NCBI GenBank assembly: GCA_019358915.1
Contig: JAHHIM010000035.1
Location: 1-45,386 of the forward strand
From: Trichormus sp. ATA11-4-KO1
GTDB lineage: Bacteria; Cyanobacteriota; Cyanobacteriia; Cyanobacteriales; Nostocaceae
Direction of reading: 5' to 3'
DNA: 45,386 nucleotides
The notes beneath the pieces were generated by a model. That model was not told where the DNA came from. It did no database searches and saw only the letters and a list, made by a program, of their open reading frames with translations. Shown here piece by piece: positions 9,671 to 20,784 of this stretch (position 1 is the first letter of the stretch; each line of letters begins with the position of its first letter). The translations under genes were made by a program, and so were the position numbers.

Positions 9671-10138
9671 CTAACCTACCTCTGCTGAACTGTTTATTTC
9701 AGGAAGCAATTGGAAGAATTTGTCAATGTCTGCGACAGCAGCTTGGTAGTTACTCAAAGCAAGTTGAGTATTACCAAGTCCAGCAGCTTGATCGATTTTA
9801 ACCAGGTGGTTAAGCAAATCTCGCGTTATTTGACGTGCTGTAGGTTGGTCTTTAGGTAGAAGGTTGGGAGTGACATAAGTCATGCTCAACCTAGCTTCTG
9901 TAATGGGACCATGGATAAAATTACTGACATTAATCCAATCCTTCTTTTGGATCAGGGTTTCCAGTTCGTCTGCGCGATCGCGCACAGCTTGAATTTGCGG
10001 AACATATTCCTGAATTCTCTCCAGTTGAACTGCGGTGTAAGTTGGAGGTGCAACTGCGACGCTAGGGCCACCACAACTGATGAGGAATGTGGCCAATAAT
10101 ACGAGAATTAATGAAAAAATTGAGCGTTGACGCGCCAT
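9671..10138 (-). CDS. psbQ: Photosystem II lipoprotein PsbQ (CyanoQ)
   Basis: Lipobox LISC; NFIHGP and LLPKDQ motifs. Confidence 0.93.
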   Translation of the reverse strand: MARQRSIFSLILVLLATFLISCGGPSVAVAPPTYTAVQLERIQEYVPQIQAVRDRADELETLIQKKDWINVSNFIHGPITEARLSMTYVTPNLLPKDQPTARQITRDLLNHLVKIDQAAGLGNTQLALSNYQAAVADIDKFFQLLPEINSSAEVG

Positions 10139-10509
10139 AAACTGAACTTAATTTGTTTTGTGTGTGCCAATTAACAGTGTCATTTTAGATCGCTGGGGTG
10201 ATTTATCGTTCTGCTTAGGAAGGGATTTTGCCAAAAATCCTCTTTCCTCCGTTGAGATTTTTGATTAAAGACGCAGTTACCGCATGTTTATGGAAAAAAA
10301 ATTAAGTATAATTACTCAAGATAGACTTGCTTAATCCAAAAATATTTAATTAGCAGTTTTTTGTAATCGTAATTGTTAGGAAAGCATAATTTCAAAGTTG
10401 CTAAATCTAAAAGGTATTGATAAGCTGAAACACCAGTATTATAAACCTTCTGGCGATTTTTCTGTTGTAACATTCCCCATAGCTCGGCAAAATATAGGAG
10501 TGTTTTTTC

Positions 10510-10938
10510 GTGAATGCAGCTGAACAAGCAACAAACCTTGAACTCGCCAGCAAGATTGCGACGGTAGTGAATTTGTTCAAATTTGAGTTCCCCGATGCTA
10601 AATCGGATCTCAAGCCTTGGAAGGATGATCCAGAAACCAGAGAGTTGATCGATCCAGATTCTATAGATATCGGTTTTCACTTTCCTGGGATCAGCAAATC
10701 TTGGCGCAGTCGCAGTATCTTGATTCAAATCCGTTTTCATCAAGATCCCATAAATCATTCACGTCGTGCCATTGGTTTGGAGGTAGCTGGATTTGACCAT
10801 CGAGGTGAGGCGTGGCGACTGTCTACAGTGGAAAACTGGAGTTTTGTAGGTATGTCTGAACCGTCACCACAAGTCGGGGACAAACTCAAACAAATTTGCC
10901 GACATATTTTAGAGGTGTTTAATAAACCCAGTGATTGA
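10510..10938 (+). CDS. Conserved cyanobacterial hypothetical protein
   Basis: 142 aa; GTG start with AGGAG RBS; DPDSIDIGFHFPG motif. Confidence 0.8.
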   Translation: MNAAEQATNLELASKIATVVNLFKFEFPDAKSDLKPWKDDPETRELIDPDSIDIGFHFPGISKSWRSRSILIQIRFHQDPINHSRRAIGLEVAGFDHRGEAWRLSTVENWSFVGMSEPSPQVGDKLKQICRHILEVFNKPSD

Positions 10939-10951
10939 GAAATAATCAGCC

Positions 10952-11237
10952 TTACTGCTCATCTAATGACCATTCCCATCTTTGCTTCAGGTCGTTGCAA
11001 TGGCTAGGTGGTAGAACCTTGTCATGCTGAAGTCTTCCAACTACAATCCCTGGTGCGATGCCTATTTCAGTAGCAAACTGCTCTTGCTCCATATGTGCTT
11101 TACTGAATTGTTGCACTGATGTTAGAAATCGCTTTAAATCAAGCAGGCGGAATAAGTATATCCTCAGAGAATTTGTTTGCTTCTTTAAGAGTTTCCCCTG
11201 GAGGAGAAATGTAATCGGGCGTGTATTGATTGCTCAA
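10952..11237 (-). pseudogene. Internally deleted, frameshifted HigA-HTH/ImmA-IrrE family gene relic
   Basis: NQYTPDYISPPGETL joined directly to KEANKFSEDILIPP; frameshift near 11140; then FATEIGIAPGIVVGRLQHD...*. Confidence 0.7.
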
Positions 11238-11268
11238 AGCACTGAAGCAACTGGGTTTATACTCAGCA

Positions 11269-11329
11269 CGGGCTATAAGCGCAGCCATCCATGCCCGCAG
11301 GGCTTTACGCCCCGCTACCGCTAACAGCA
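11269..11329. repeat. Short dispersed repeat(s) inserted in a CTCAGCA repeat
   Basis: GGGCT...ACGCCCCGCTACCGCTAACAGCAC interrupts CTCAGCAC-TTTGCTATAA, which occurs uninterrupted near 27508-27525. Confidence 0.6.
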
Positions 11330-12472
11330 CTTTGCTATAAGCCCCTCTAGTTGAGCTTCAATAGCAGTTAAAAGTTGAGGTTGTTGCCAATTTTGGCTGA
11401 GATAAGCAGCTATACAAGCGGCTCCAGCGCCTATACCTTCTTTGACAAATCCCTGCTCATAAGCTTGGAGTTGAGGATAACGAGAATTAGCAAAACTTAA
11501 CTCAGTTGCAAATAAAGGAGGAATAATTTTACCTAGATTGAGGGCTAAATCAACAGTGCCACCAGTCGAGTCTTCTGCTACCCAACGGGTTGTACCTACA
11601 ACTACTGCTGCTGGTTGCCAAGATAAATCATAGGCATCAGCGATCGCACTCATCAAAGCATAAACTGCCAGCATTTGTGTACCACCTGCCAGCAAGATAC
11701 CACAACTACGACTAGCGGCGATCGCCATTCCTGCTACCACCACTTGCATCGGATCACCCACAGCCGCCACAAGTTCTAGGGGATCTATCAGGGGAGATGA
11801 GGGAGATAATTTCTCTGTCCCCTTCTCCCCTTGTCCCCCTCTCCCCCTCATCCTTTCCAACCCAGCTTGCACCACTGCCCATTTTTGTGCGTGATTACAA
11901 ACAGGGTGGCTACTGTTGACTTTTCCCACTGCGTCTATACCCAAGCCCGTTAAAATTGCTAGGGCAGTTGTCGTACCACCAACCACGCATTCACTTAAAA
12001 TTAAATACCCGTTTGGGATATTGGCAGCTAAACGTTCTCCCCAAAGTAACCCTTGCTTAAACAAATGGTGTACCGTTGTCATCTCCATCGCTGCACCTCC
12101 ACTTAAGCACTTAGCTGGATAGCCACCTAAATCAATCGCTGGGACAGCAGGCGATTGAGGTAAACCAGCATTAAACAAATAAACTGGAATGTTTAGTGCC
12201 TCAACTACAGCACGAGAAATAAGTACAGGTGATGCACCCGCAGTTAGTGGTGGTAGGGGATATAGAGGCTTTTGTTGTGGGCCGGAATATAAAAATTCAG
12301 CATCAGCACAAGCAGTATATTTCCGAGCCTTTGGGGTGCTACCAGCTGCCGAAATTCCGGGAATTAACCCAGTGTCAGTAAAACCTAATACACAAGCAAA
12401 CACGGGTAAACAACCACGATACTTAGCAATCCATTCTTTACCCTGCTCTATTTGAGTATAAATACGAATCAA
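11321..12472 (-). CDS. cobT: Nicotinate-nucleotide-dependent phosphoribosyltransferase CobT (archaeal/cyanobacterial type)
   Basis: TTG start; IPGISAAG, ECVVGGTTTA, LAGGTQM and YEQGFVKEGIGAG motifs. Confidence 0.88.
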   Translation of the reverse strand: MIRIYTQIEQGKEWIAKYRGCLPVFACVLGFTDTGLIPGISAAGSTPKARKYTACADAEFLYSGPQQKPLYPLPPLTAGASPVLISRAVVEALNIPVYLFNAGLPQSPAVPAIDLGGYPAKCLSGGAAMEMTTVHHLFKQGLLWGERLAANIPNGYLILSECVVGGTTTALAILTGLGIDAVGKVNSSHPVCNHAQKWAVVQAGLERMRGRGGQGEKGTEKLSPSSPLIDPLELVAAVGDPMQVVVAGMAIAASRSCGILLAGGTQMLAVYALMSAIADAYDLSWQPAAVVVGTTRWVAEDSTGGTVDLALNLGKIIPPLFATELSFANSRYPQLQAYEQGFVKEGIGAGAACIAAYLSQNWQQPQLLTAIEAQLEGLIAKCC

Positions 12473-12476
12473 TTAC

Positions 12477-13202
12477 TTACCCTTCATAATCCATAAGAAC
12501 CTGCACCCATTGTGGCGGACGGGGAATGGGATTTCCCAAGCGATCCAGTAACAGCCACGCTGCCAGATGTACCATAAACAGATAGATAAAGTTATTAATC
12601 ACAATTAAAGCTACTGCTCCCACTTGGATCAAAAACACACTAGGACTAGCTAATAATTGCAGCCTCAAAAATGCCCATTCTATTAGTTCTGTTACCTGGT
12701 TAATCACATAAATCCACAGGTCTTCGCCCGATAAAACAGACAGCAACCACAGCCGAAAAAACACTCCTAATGTACCCAAAAGTGTACCCAAGGTGATGGA
12801 TACAACCCAAGGAACCCGACGATGCCACGTTGCCCCTAAAAGCACGCCCATAAAAGCAAAGGGCATGACAAATAATAAACTCCGGACTGGCCCCATCAGC
12901 ACTGATAGTAGTAACCCGGAAGTAACAGCTGCCATCCATGCTGCTCTTTTGCCCCAGCGCAGGTAAACTAGAGCAATGGGGACAGGGAAAAATATCCGCA
13001 AAACTGGTCCCAAAGGAAAGTAGAAATTAATAAACCAAATCAGGCTAGCCGTACTGGCTAAAAATGCTGTTTCCACCATCCGCAAAGGTGCATCAACTTT
13101 GAGTCTAGGTCGCCTTAACTGCTCTTGATTTAACTGTTTCTGTAGGGGGTTTTGAGCTTCAGGGGATGGATTTTCATCTGGCAGAGAATCTAAAATGCTC
13201 AT
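12477..13202 (-). CDS. DUF2232-family membrane protein
   Basis: 241 aa, multiple TM helices; MVETAFLAS and FPVPIALVYLRWG motifs. Confidence 0.82.
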   Translation of the reverse strand: MSILDSLPDENPSPEAQNPLQKQLNQEQLRRPRLKVDAPLRMVETAFLASTASLIWFINFYFPLGPVLRIFFPVPIALVYLRWGKRAAWMAAVTSGLLLSVLMGPVRSLLFVMPFAFMGVLLGATWHRRVPWVVSITLGTLLGTLGVFFRLWLLSVLSGEDLWIYVINQVTELIEWAFLRLQLLASPSVFLIQVGAVALIVINNFIYLFMVHLAAWLLLDRLGNPIPRPPQWVQVLMDYEG

Positions 13203-13215
13203 CTTGGAAAAATTG

Positions 13216-13914
13216 TTAAACGATTATTCCTTCCAAGGCTGACAAATCGGGAATACAAATTGTGTCTTGATCCCGTTTAATCAGCCCTTTTTTTTCTAGC
13301 CTTGTTAATACTCTTGTAACTGTTTCCCGCGCCAGTCCACTGAGACTACTCAGCTCGCGGTGGGGTAAATTAGGAATTTCGGTTCCAGTTTGCCCTTGCT
13401 TTCCCTGCCCATCTGCCAAAAATAACAAAGTATCTGCCACCCGTGACTGACTATCAGATTCCCGCAATCTCAGCCGCCGATTTACTTGCCGCAAGCGTCG
13501 CGCCATCAGTTGTGACAATCGGACACCCGCCAAGGGTTCTGTATGAAGTAACTTGACAAAATCTTGAGATGGCATACTGCCAATAATTGTTGGAGTCAAA
13601 GTAATCACATCGGTGGAGCGAGGCACTTCATCTAGCGCCGCCATTTCACCAAATAATTCCCCTTTGCCAATAATATTTAGCGTTACCTCTTTACCTTCCA
13701 TATTGTAAGTACGTATTTTAACCCATCCATCTACAATAAAATATACAGACCCACCCCAGTCATTTTCCAGCAGAATCACTTGATTTGCTGGGTGTGTGCG
13801 AGTCACAAGATGGGTGAGAGCCAGTTCCACGGCAGCATCTGGCAACCCTTGAAAGAAGGGAGCCGAGGTGATCCAGGGATTGGTGGGTGCTTGCAAGCTA
13901 TATCGGTCTTCCAT
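13216..13914 (-). CDS. Crp/Fnr-family transcriptional regulator
   Basis: cNMP domain FGEMAALD..PRS and HTH ELSSLSGLARETVTRVL. Confidence 0.93.
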   Translation of the reverse strand: MEDRYSLQAPTNPWITSAPFFQGLPDAAVELALTHLVTRTHPANQVILLENDWGGSVYFIVDGWVKIRTYNMEGKEVTLNIIGKGELFGEMAALDEVPRSTDVITLTPTIIGSMPSQDFVKLLHTEPLAGVRLSQLMARRLRQVNRRLRLRESDSQSRVADTLLFLADGQGKQGQTGTEIPNLPHRELSSLSGLARETVTRVLTRLEKKGLIKRDQDTICIPDLSALEGIIV

Positions 13915-14688
13915 TACGACATGTTTATTAAAGCTGCTATGTATAAAACAAACAAGAGCGCTATCTTCAGCCTAAGCTATCAAAGCACAACCCCTTTAAA
14001 TAAGAAAATTAAACTATGTTACGCAAGCAAGCTACAAGTGTATTTTTTCTAAACAATTTTTTCCTATGGGTTAGAATTGCCTAAACCTTTTGCACAGAGC
14101 ATTTGCTCACCTCTGGGAGTATTCTTTGAGGGGCAACTACATTGCAAACATGATTACTTAAAAACATGCCAGATAAGATCAATGATACTCAACGTGGTTA
14201 ATTTTTGCTAACGTAAAATTTTTAGCCATTGACAGAGATCAAAAATCAAGTTAAAAGATGCCCTCTTGCCATTCAGTTACTGGTTGGCTACATTAATTGC
14301 TCGTATGGGTGCAAAGTGAAGAAAATTAGCTTTGTAGGACTGATGTCCTGGTCAAGGCATTCGTCTATCCAAAACTATTTGCTTAACTGTTGCATTTTTG
14401 GATGTTTTTTATAATATGAAGCTCGTGAAGCCTTAACATCATTTGTTTGGTGAGAAGGCACAGCACCGGGTATAAACCAAATTCGGAATATTTTTTGTAT
14501 TTCTAGACTTCAACTAGTTGTCAAGTTAATCTTCTAAAACGGGTGCTGATTGATGACCACTAAGTCTCTTAGTAATCCATAACATAATTTCTGTGAGAAA
14601 TCCGCATGATTCCCACCTTTGTAACTTTCATAATTGTCAAGTAATTCCCATACCAGTTAAAGTACAGTTCTAGCTAAGGTAATTTAAA

Positions 14689-17600
14689 GTGACTTCCCGC
14701 GCAAATGAAATTCAAAAATTGATTGCAGACATTGACAACTTACTCAATAGTAGTGGCAAGCGCCTGTCTAGGCTGTTGTCTAGTCAGGCGCCAGAACCTA
14801 GAGAGGTTTTAGAAAGAATTCGTAACTTCCTGCTCCAGCTAGAAGAAAGTGAGGTTTTAAAAAGTGATGACCACAAATATCTGAGTGGACAGGCGCAAAG
14901 ATCACCTTTATTGGTGAAATTTGTTAAACAAGGTAACGATTCATCTCCAACACAGCACAACCAACTTGACCAAGAACAAAGTAATTTTTTATCTCAACAA
15001 TTAAAAAGTGAATTATCGGTATTAATCCAGCCCCTGCAAGCAGAATTAGCCGCAATGATGCAAGAGCGAGCAACTCTTGTACAGGAAATTAGGCAGCTAG
15101 AGCAAAGGCGATTGCATAATTACTCCTTAAGCCAGCAATGGGCAAACCAGGAGCAGATAATTGCTGATTTCTTACAGGTACTGATGAGCCGTCTTGTACC
15201 TAATTTAACACCACACATAGCGCAGAATGTCGCTAATTCCTCTACTGCTAGTAGTGTTAGTAATTACAGCAATATGGAACTAGCAAGCTCTACAACTCAA
15301 CCTGTTTGGGAATCATCAGCACAGGCTGAGCGATTAACACATCTGGCCAGGGAGTTGGATCAACGTTTATTATCGCTAGATGGAACTGTGAATGTCGTCT
15401 TTGAAGCACTACAGCGTAATATCAACACTTATCACGAGTCCTTATGTCAATCGCTGACAAGAATGCACAGTACGGGAGTGCAGGGCGAACAGTTGATGAT
15501 GAATTTTCTTAATAATTTAACGCAGCAGTTGCAGCAACAATCCCCTAATACTTTGGCATCTTTCCTGGGGGTAGAAAAAAATGAGCTATTAACTTCATCG
15601 TCATTATTATCAACCACAGCGAATACTGTTACTCCAAGTTCTGAGATGGCGAGTCAGTCTGGGGAATTTATAGAGCCAGAACCTTCATCTGCACTCACAT
15701 TTAATGACGAAGATGAGAATGTTGCTGTCACGGATGATTTGGATGCAATGCTTTTAGAGCTTGGTATAGATGAGTTGCTATCATTAGATGCTACTGTAAG
15801 CGAATTACAGCCAGATAATTTGGAATTAATTAGTGATGAAGTAGATCAAATTTATGCCAGCTTGTTGGGTACTGATAATTTTACTAATTCAAGTCTTGAT
15901 GTCATTCCAGAAGAGTTATCATCGTCATCAAATATTGCAGATACTACACCTGCATCTCTAACTCAACCAGTAGAACCAGGGGTTGTTACAGAAGAGTTAT
16001 CATCGTCATCAAATATTGCAGATACTACACCTGCATCTCCAACTCAACCAGTAGAACAGTTGCCAGATCCTTGGTTTGAGCAAACAAATGCAGATTTTTT
16101 AGGACTGAGCAACACTAATCTACAACAAACACCAGATAATCCCCTAAAACCACAAGACTCATCATCAGAATTGTGGCAAGAATTGTTTTTTGAGGAAGAT
16201 ACCAAATCAGGTAAATCTTTATTGTCTGGGGTTTCGCAAGCAGAAATTGTAGCTATTGATAATTTCCTTATTCAGCCCAGCAATGCTGATACAATTACAG
16301 CGCTGAGTGACTTATTTGCTGAGATTAGTGACGAGGAGCAGTGGTTGGGAGTCTCTACTGTTTCGGAAACCACAGTCGTTACACCAAGTATGACGACTGT
16401 TACCCACACACCGGAAGTAGTAGTTAATGATGACGAGCAGGAAAAATTGGTAGATAAATACATTCCGGCTTCGCCACAGGAAAATTTACTGTCACCAGAA
16501 GAGAACCAGTCTGCAAACGTACCTGATATTTCTCTGGATGAAGTACAGTGGCAGCAATTGAATCAGGATTTAGCCAACTTTGATGAGCTGCTTGAGCCTG
16601 ATTTTAACTGGGATATTTTTGCAGGCTTAGAGGATGGCATTGACCAGCAAAGTTTAACTGACCCCAGTATGCCAAATTTGGCTTTCTCTAGTTTAGAGAT
16701 ATCACAGGTTGCGCCAATATCTTGGCCACAAACGGAAGCCGACTTAGACTTTAGCCCCACAACTGAAAAAAAAACGGAAGTGACAACTTCTGGACAAGAC
16801 ATCTCTTTAGTTTCAAGTTCCAGTCCTGTAAATAATCTAGAAACTACGTTTAATATTCTCGACTCAGTTTGGTATTTGGGAATTGATGTAGGCACAACTG
16901 GCATTTCTGCGGCACTACTGAATCGCTCCATATCTGTTGTGTATCCTATCTATTGGTCAGCAGAAAATCAACAGGAAGTTACTTCTTTTCAGCAATCATT
17001 TCGGTTACCAGCAGAGGTTTATTTGCCGTCTGCTTCTGTACCTCAGGGAGAGACTGAAGGTAAAGAAACCGAGCCTCATGAGCTAACTAAATCAGGAAAC
17101 AATCCCAAAAATAATTTTTACTCAGCCCAGTTAAAACCGTATTTACAGGTAGCAATCCCTTACAAGAGTGCACAACAAAAATGGGAACCTGTGTTGCAAT
17201 TCAATGAATTTTCTGCCGGGCCTTTAATCTGGGTTGTGCGATCGCTCTCTAAACTCCTATTAACCCTCAAGTCAGATCGCCACAGTACAACTCAAGGTTT
17301 AATTGCGGCTGCTGTTGGTTTAAATGAAAAAAATTTCCATAGCATTATTAATAATATTACGGGGGTGATCTGCACCTGCCCAGCTAGCTGGTCAGAACAA
17401 TATCGCTTTAATGTCCGAGAAGCTTTACTGACGAGCAAATTAGTGCAACATCCCCAGCAAGTATTTTTTGTGGAAGAAGCGATCGCTAGTCTACTGAGCA
17501 CCCTCGATAGTGCGAATGGGGAAACAGTGCAATTAAGCGAAAACCAAGGCTTACGTCCCGCTAAAACTAGTGATCAGCCTTTAGAAGGAAACACTTTTGT

Positions 17601-18741
17601 CATGAATATTGGGGCAACTGCCACCGAAATGGCTTTGGTAGATTTGCCAAATAACCTGCTGCAATTAAATCACAATGATTTCATGCTCCATAGTTTTGCC
17701 TATGCGAGTAAGGGAATTGAGCAAGACATTATCTGTCAGTTGCTGTTGCCCACAAAATACCGTCAAACACGGTTGGAAAACCAAGGCGAAAGCAAAACAA
17801 TTACCAGTAACCCTTGGCAATGGCAACCTGCTTTTCCTGGTTTAGATCAGATGCATTGGCAAAGTTTAGCATTGGAGGAATTAGAGTTACCGCGAGTAGG
17901 GGAACCAGATATCACGGCTCGGATTCGTCTCCAACAGCGTTTAGAAAGTTCTTTGTTGGGACAGGCCGTACTAGATGCAGCACTAGCCTTGAAGCTAATT
18001 TTGCAACATCAAGACTCTTTTACCCTAGATTTAGCTGATCAACGCTGGGTATTACAGCGACGAGACTTAGAAAATCAGGTGTTTGTCCCCTTTGTGCGCC
18101 GCTTGAACCGAGAACTTAACAAGTTGTTAGTAGCTCGTGGTATACCCACAGAAGCAATTAATCAAGTTCTTTTAACTGGTGGGGTGGCTTCTTTAGAAGT
18201 TGTGCACAATTGGCTGCGGCAAAAACTCCCCAACGCCAAAATTATTCAAGATTTGTATCTTGGTGACAACGGCGCTCCCAATTGTAGCCGAGTTGCTTAT
18301 GGTCTAGCGATGTTGCCGTTATATCCCCAGGTGTTAGAAGAACCCAGGCAACAGTATACCGACTATTTCCTGTTTACCGAATTACTGGGACTTTTGCCAG
18401 ATAGAACTTTATCTTTTAGCGATATTCTCCAGTTATTTGAGGAAAGAGGCATTAATACCAGTATTTGTCAGCAACGGTTGTTGGCTTTCTTAGAAGGTGA
18501 ATTACCACCGGGTTTAATACCTGTAACTCCAGATGCTACTTGGTTAGCCCAAAGTTCTCAAGAAAATTCTGACTATCAGGCGATCGCAGCTGCACCATTA
18601 TTTGCCAAGCAAGGAAATCTTACTTATCGTCCTAATTTCCCCCAATTGCTAGTTTTGCGTCGCTATCTAGATGCGATTAAAGCGAGTACGCAGCAACCAA
18701 TGGAGGAGCCTTATACGGTTAATTTTGACTCATTAGTCTGA
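14689..18741 (+). CDS. Large protein: N-terminal coiled coil, acidic linker, C-terminal Hsp70/actin-like fold
   Basis: 1350 aa, GTG start; LGIDVGTTG, FVEEAIA, NIGATATEMA and LLTGGVA motifs. Confidence 0.8.
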   Translation: MTSRANEIQKLIADIDNLLNSSGKRLSRLLSSQAPEPREVLERIRNFLLQLEESEVLKSDDHKYLSGQAQRSPLLVKFVKQGNDSSPTQHNQLDQEQSNFLSQQLKSELSVLIQPLQAELAAMMQERATLVQEIRQLEQRRLHNYSLSQQWANQEQIIADFLQVLMSRLVPNLTPHIAQNVANSSTASSVSNYSNMELASSTTQPVWESSAQAERLTHLARELDQRLLSLDGTVNVVFEALQRNINTYHESLCQSLTRMHSTGVQGEQLMMNFLNNLTQQLQQQSPNTLASFLGVEKNELLTSSSLLSTTANTVTPSSEMASQSGEFIEPEPSSALTFNDEDENVAVTDDLDAMLLELGIDELLSLDATVSELQPDNLELISDEVDQIYASLLGTDNFTNSSLDVIPEELSSSSNIADTTPASLTQPVEPGVVTEELSSSSNIADTTPASPTQPVEQLPDPWFEQTNADFLGLSNTNLQQTPDNPLKPQDSSSELWQELFFEEDTKSGKSLLSGVSQAEIVAIDNFLIQPSNADTITALSDLFAEISDEEQWLGVSTVSETTVVTPSMTTVTHTPEVVVNDDEQEKLVDKYIPASPQENLLSPEENQSANVPDISLDEVQWQQLNQDLANFDELLEPDFNWDIFAGLEDGIDQQSLTDPSMPNLAFSSLEISQVAPISWPQTEADLDFSPTTEKKTEVTTSGQDISLVSSSSPVNNLETTFNILDSVWYLGIDVGTTGISAALLNRSISVVYPIYWSAENQQEVTSFQQSFRLPAEVYLPSASVPQGETEGKETEPHELTKSGNNPKNNFYSAQLKPYLQVAIPYKSAQQKWEPVLQFNEFSAGPLIWVVRSLSKLLLTLKSDRHSTTQGLIAAAVGLNEKNFHSIINNITGVICTCPASWSEQYRFNVREALLTSKLVQHPQQVFFVEEAIASLLSTLDSANGETVQLSENQGLRPAKTSDQPLEGNTFVMNIGATATEMALVDLPNNLLQLNHNDFMLHSFAYASKGIEQDIICQLLLPTKYRQTRLENQGESKTITSNPWQWQPAFPGLDQMHWQSLALEELELPRVGEPDITARIRLQQRLESSLLGQAVLDAALALKLILQHQDSFTLDLADQRWVLQRRDLENQVFVPFVRRLNRELNKLLVARGIPTEAINQVLLTGGVASLEVVHNWLRQKLPNAKIIQDLYLGDNGAPNCSRVAYGLAMLPLYPQVLEEPRQQYTDYFLFTELLGLLPDRTLSFSDILQLFEERGINTSICQQRLLAFLEGELPPGLIPVTPDATWLAQSSQENSDYQAIAAAPLFAKQGNLTYRPNFPQLLVLRRYLDAIKASTQQPMEEPYTVNFDSLV
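15908..16057 (+). repeat. In-frame direct duplication (69 bp x2, period 81)
   Basis: 15908-15976 vs 15989-16057, one mismatch; encodes EELSSSSNIADTTPAS(L/P)TQPVE twice. Confidence 0.92.
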
Positions 18742-18854
18742 GTTAAAAATCACGCAAAGACGCAAAATGACTCTTTGCCACAGCAATCGCTGCAACTGGG
18801 AAAACCAAAGCAACACACTGTCTGGCCTTTGCGTGAAATAATTAAACCGTATTT

Positions 18855-19349
18855 CTACTTACATTCCAAAGACTCGCGAGTATCCACACCAGTCTGGGAA
18901 TTCACTCCACTGGCTTGAGCGCAGAGTTTTTTGATCTGCGGCCCATCTAAAATTGCATTCGTAAAATCAGCCCCTGTAATGTCAACATCATTAAAAACAG
19001 AACGTAACATCATGGCATTTGTCAAGATCGCATCACTTAAATCAGCGCGCTTAAACTGTGTCAAATAGGCTATGCCATCACTAAAATCTACACCATGTAG
19101 ATTCACTCCCTCCAGCAGAGAGCCATTAAACACGCCACCACGAAAATCAGCATTGCTAAAATTAGTATTCTCTAAAATTACATTGGTAAACTCAGTTCCT
19201 ACCAAATTTTGACCAGAGTAATCCTGAGCCTCAAGTTCCTCACCCACAGAACGGGTAATGCTAGAAGAACTAGCGGCTTGCGCTGATAGGGGAAACAAAA
19301 AAAGAACCATAGCTAAAACAAAGCTAGCCAGTAGTTGCCAATACTTCAT
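18855..19349 (-). CDS. Pentapeptide repeat protein, secreted/lumenal
   Basis: Signal peptide ending AQA; A(D/N)(F/L)xx repeats; C-terminal LC..ASGVN..TGVDTRESLEC. Confidence 0.92.
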   Translation of the reverse strand: MKYWQLLASFVLAMVLFLFPLSAQAASSSSITRSVGEELEAQDYSGQNLVGTEFTNVILENTNFSNADFRGGVFNGSLLEGVNLHGVDFSDGIAYLTQFKRADLSDAILTNAMMLRSVFNDVDITGADFTNAILDGPQIKKLCAQASGVNSQTGVDTRESLECK

Positions 19350-19523
19350 AATCTCTTGTTAACAAATCTCAACACTTGCACTATTAACTATTAAACCTTA
19401 CGGCAAAGTCCAACAGTTCTGATTTGGGAGAGATTTGTTAATTACCTAAAGATACCCGCCTGTCAAACCATAAACCATCCCGTAGGATATATAGATATTG
19501 ACGTGCGATCGCAAAAAATACCC

Positions 19524-20660
19524 GTGGTTAATCAAGAAGATATCACCCCATCCCTAGCACGAACCCCTTTATATCAAATGGGTGCAGAACTCAAAGCCCG
19601 CTTTACCAGCTTCGGTGGTTGGGAAATGCCTATACAATTTGTCGGCATAAATCGCGAACATGAAGCTGTGAGAAATGCCGCCGGGATGTTTGATATTTCC
19701 CATATGGGCAAATTTACCCTCCAAGGTCAGCACCTGATTGACCAACTTCAGCGTTTAGTGCCTTCAGACTTAAATCGGTTGCAATCAGGTCAAGCACAAT
19801 ACACTGTATTGTTAAATCCCCAAGGGGGAATTATTGATGACATCATTGTCTATGATCAGGGAGAAGATACTACTGGTACACAACGAGCTGCGATCGTTGT
19901 CAATGCGGCAACCACTGATAAAGACAAAGCGTGGCTATTACAAAATCTTGACCTAGATGAGGTACAATTCCAAGACCTGTCGCTGGAAAAAGTTTTAATT
20001 GCCGTGCAAGGGCCAAAAGCGGTTAAATATCTTCAGCCCTTAGTAAAAGAAGACCTACAACCAATCAAAGCCTTCGGTCACCTCCAAGCCACAATACTAG
20101 GTAAACCTGCTTTTATTGCCCGCACAGGTTACACCGGAGAAGATGGCTTTGAAGTCATGCTAGATCCAGATGTCGGTAGAGAATTGTGGCGAAAACTTTA
20201 TCAAGCTGGTGTTATTCCCTGCGGACTTGGTGCTAGAGACACCCTGCGGCTAGAAGCAGCAATGGCACTTTATGGGCAAGATATTGATGAGACTACTACT
20301 CCCTTAGAAGCAGGTTTGAGTTGGCTGGTTCACCTCGATACCAAAGATGATTTTATTGGTCGAGGAGTATTGGCACAGCAAAAAGCCAATGGAGTGCAGC
20401 GCCGATTAGTCGGCTTGCAAATGCCAGGACGTAACATTGCCCGTCACGGTTATCCAGTTGTGTCAGCAGGTCAAGTCGTGGGAGAAGTTACTAGTGGGAC
20501 TTTATCACCTACACTTGGTTATCCTATTGCCTTAGCCTATGTTCCCACTCAGCTAGCAACAGTTGGTGCACAACTGGAAGTAGAAATTCGTAACAAAGTT
20601 TACCCGGCCGTTGTTGTGAAACGTCCCTTTTATCGCTCAAAAAATCGTGTTATTAACTGA
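19524..20660 (+). CDS. gcvT: Glycine cleavage system aminomethyltransferase T
   Basis: [26 protein letters not shown] and [12 protein letters not shown]; start uncertain (GTG 19503 or 19524). Confidence 0.95.
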   Translation: MVNQEDITPSLARTPLYQMGAELKARFTSFGGWEMPIQFVGINREHEAVRNAAGMFDISHMGKFTLQGQHLIDQLQRLVPSDLNRLQSGQAQYTVLLNPQGGIIDDIIVYDQGEDTTGTQRAAIVVNAATTDKDKAWLLQNLDLDEVQFQDLSLEKVLIAVQGPKAVKYLQPLVKEDLQPIKAFGHLQATILGKPAFIARTGYTGEDGFEVMLDPDVGRELWRKLYQAGVIPCGLGARDTLRLEAAMALYGQDIDETTTPLEAGLSWLVHLDTKDDFIGRGVLAQQKANGVQRRLVGLQMPGRNIARHGYPVVSAGQVVGEVTSGTLSPTLGYPIALAYVPTQLATVGAQLEVEIRNKVYPAVVVKRPFYRSKNRVIN

Positions 20661-20784
20661 TAACCGCCCATGTTTTTAAGGAATAATGTGTTTTGAGTTA
20701 CTAAATCTACAGTATGGTTAATTACCAACCATCACTTGGATGACTTTGGGGCGCTAACTATTTTGATATCGAAGGGGAAGTAAT

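Noticed and set aside
10312..10758. Antisense/overlapping ORFs in the track (for example 10312-10758, 26646-26858, 30526-30876, 41198-41572)
   Set aside because: They are shadows of real genes or repeat-derived, with no recognisable motifs.
19350..19523. Glycine riboswitch upstream of gcvT
   Set aside because: Only a GGAGAGA fragment is present; the CCGAAG and CTCTCAGG core elements are absent.
20712..20725. GTA-N8-TAC between gcvT and gcvH
   Set aside because: No TAN3T at 22-23 nt spacing; a 6-bp match is expected by chance in AT-rich DNA.
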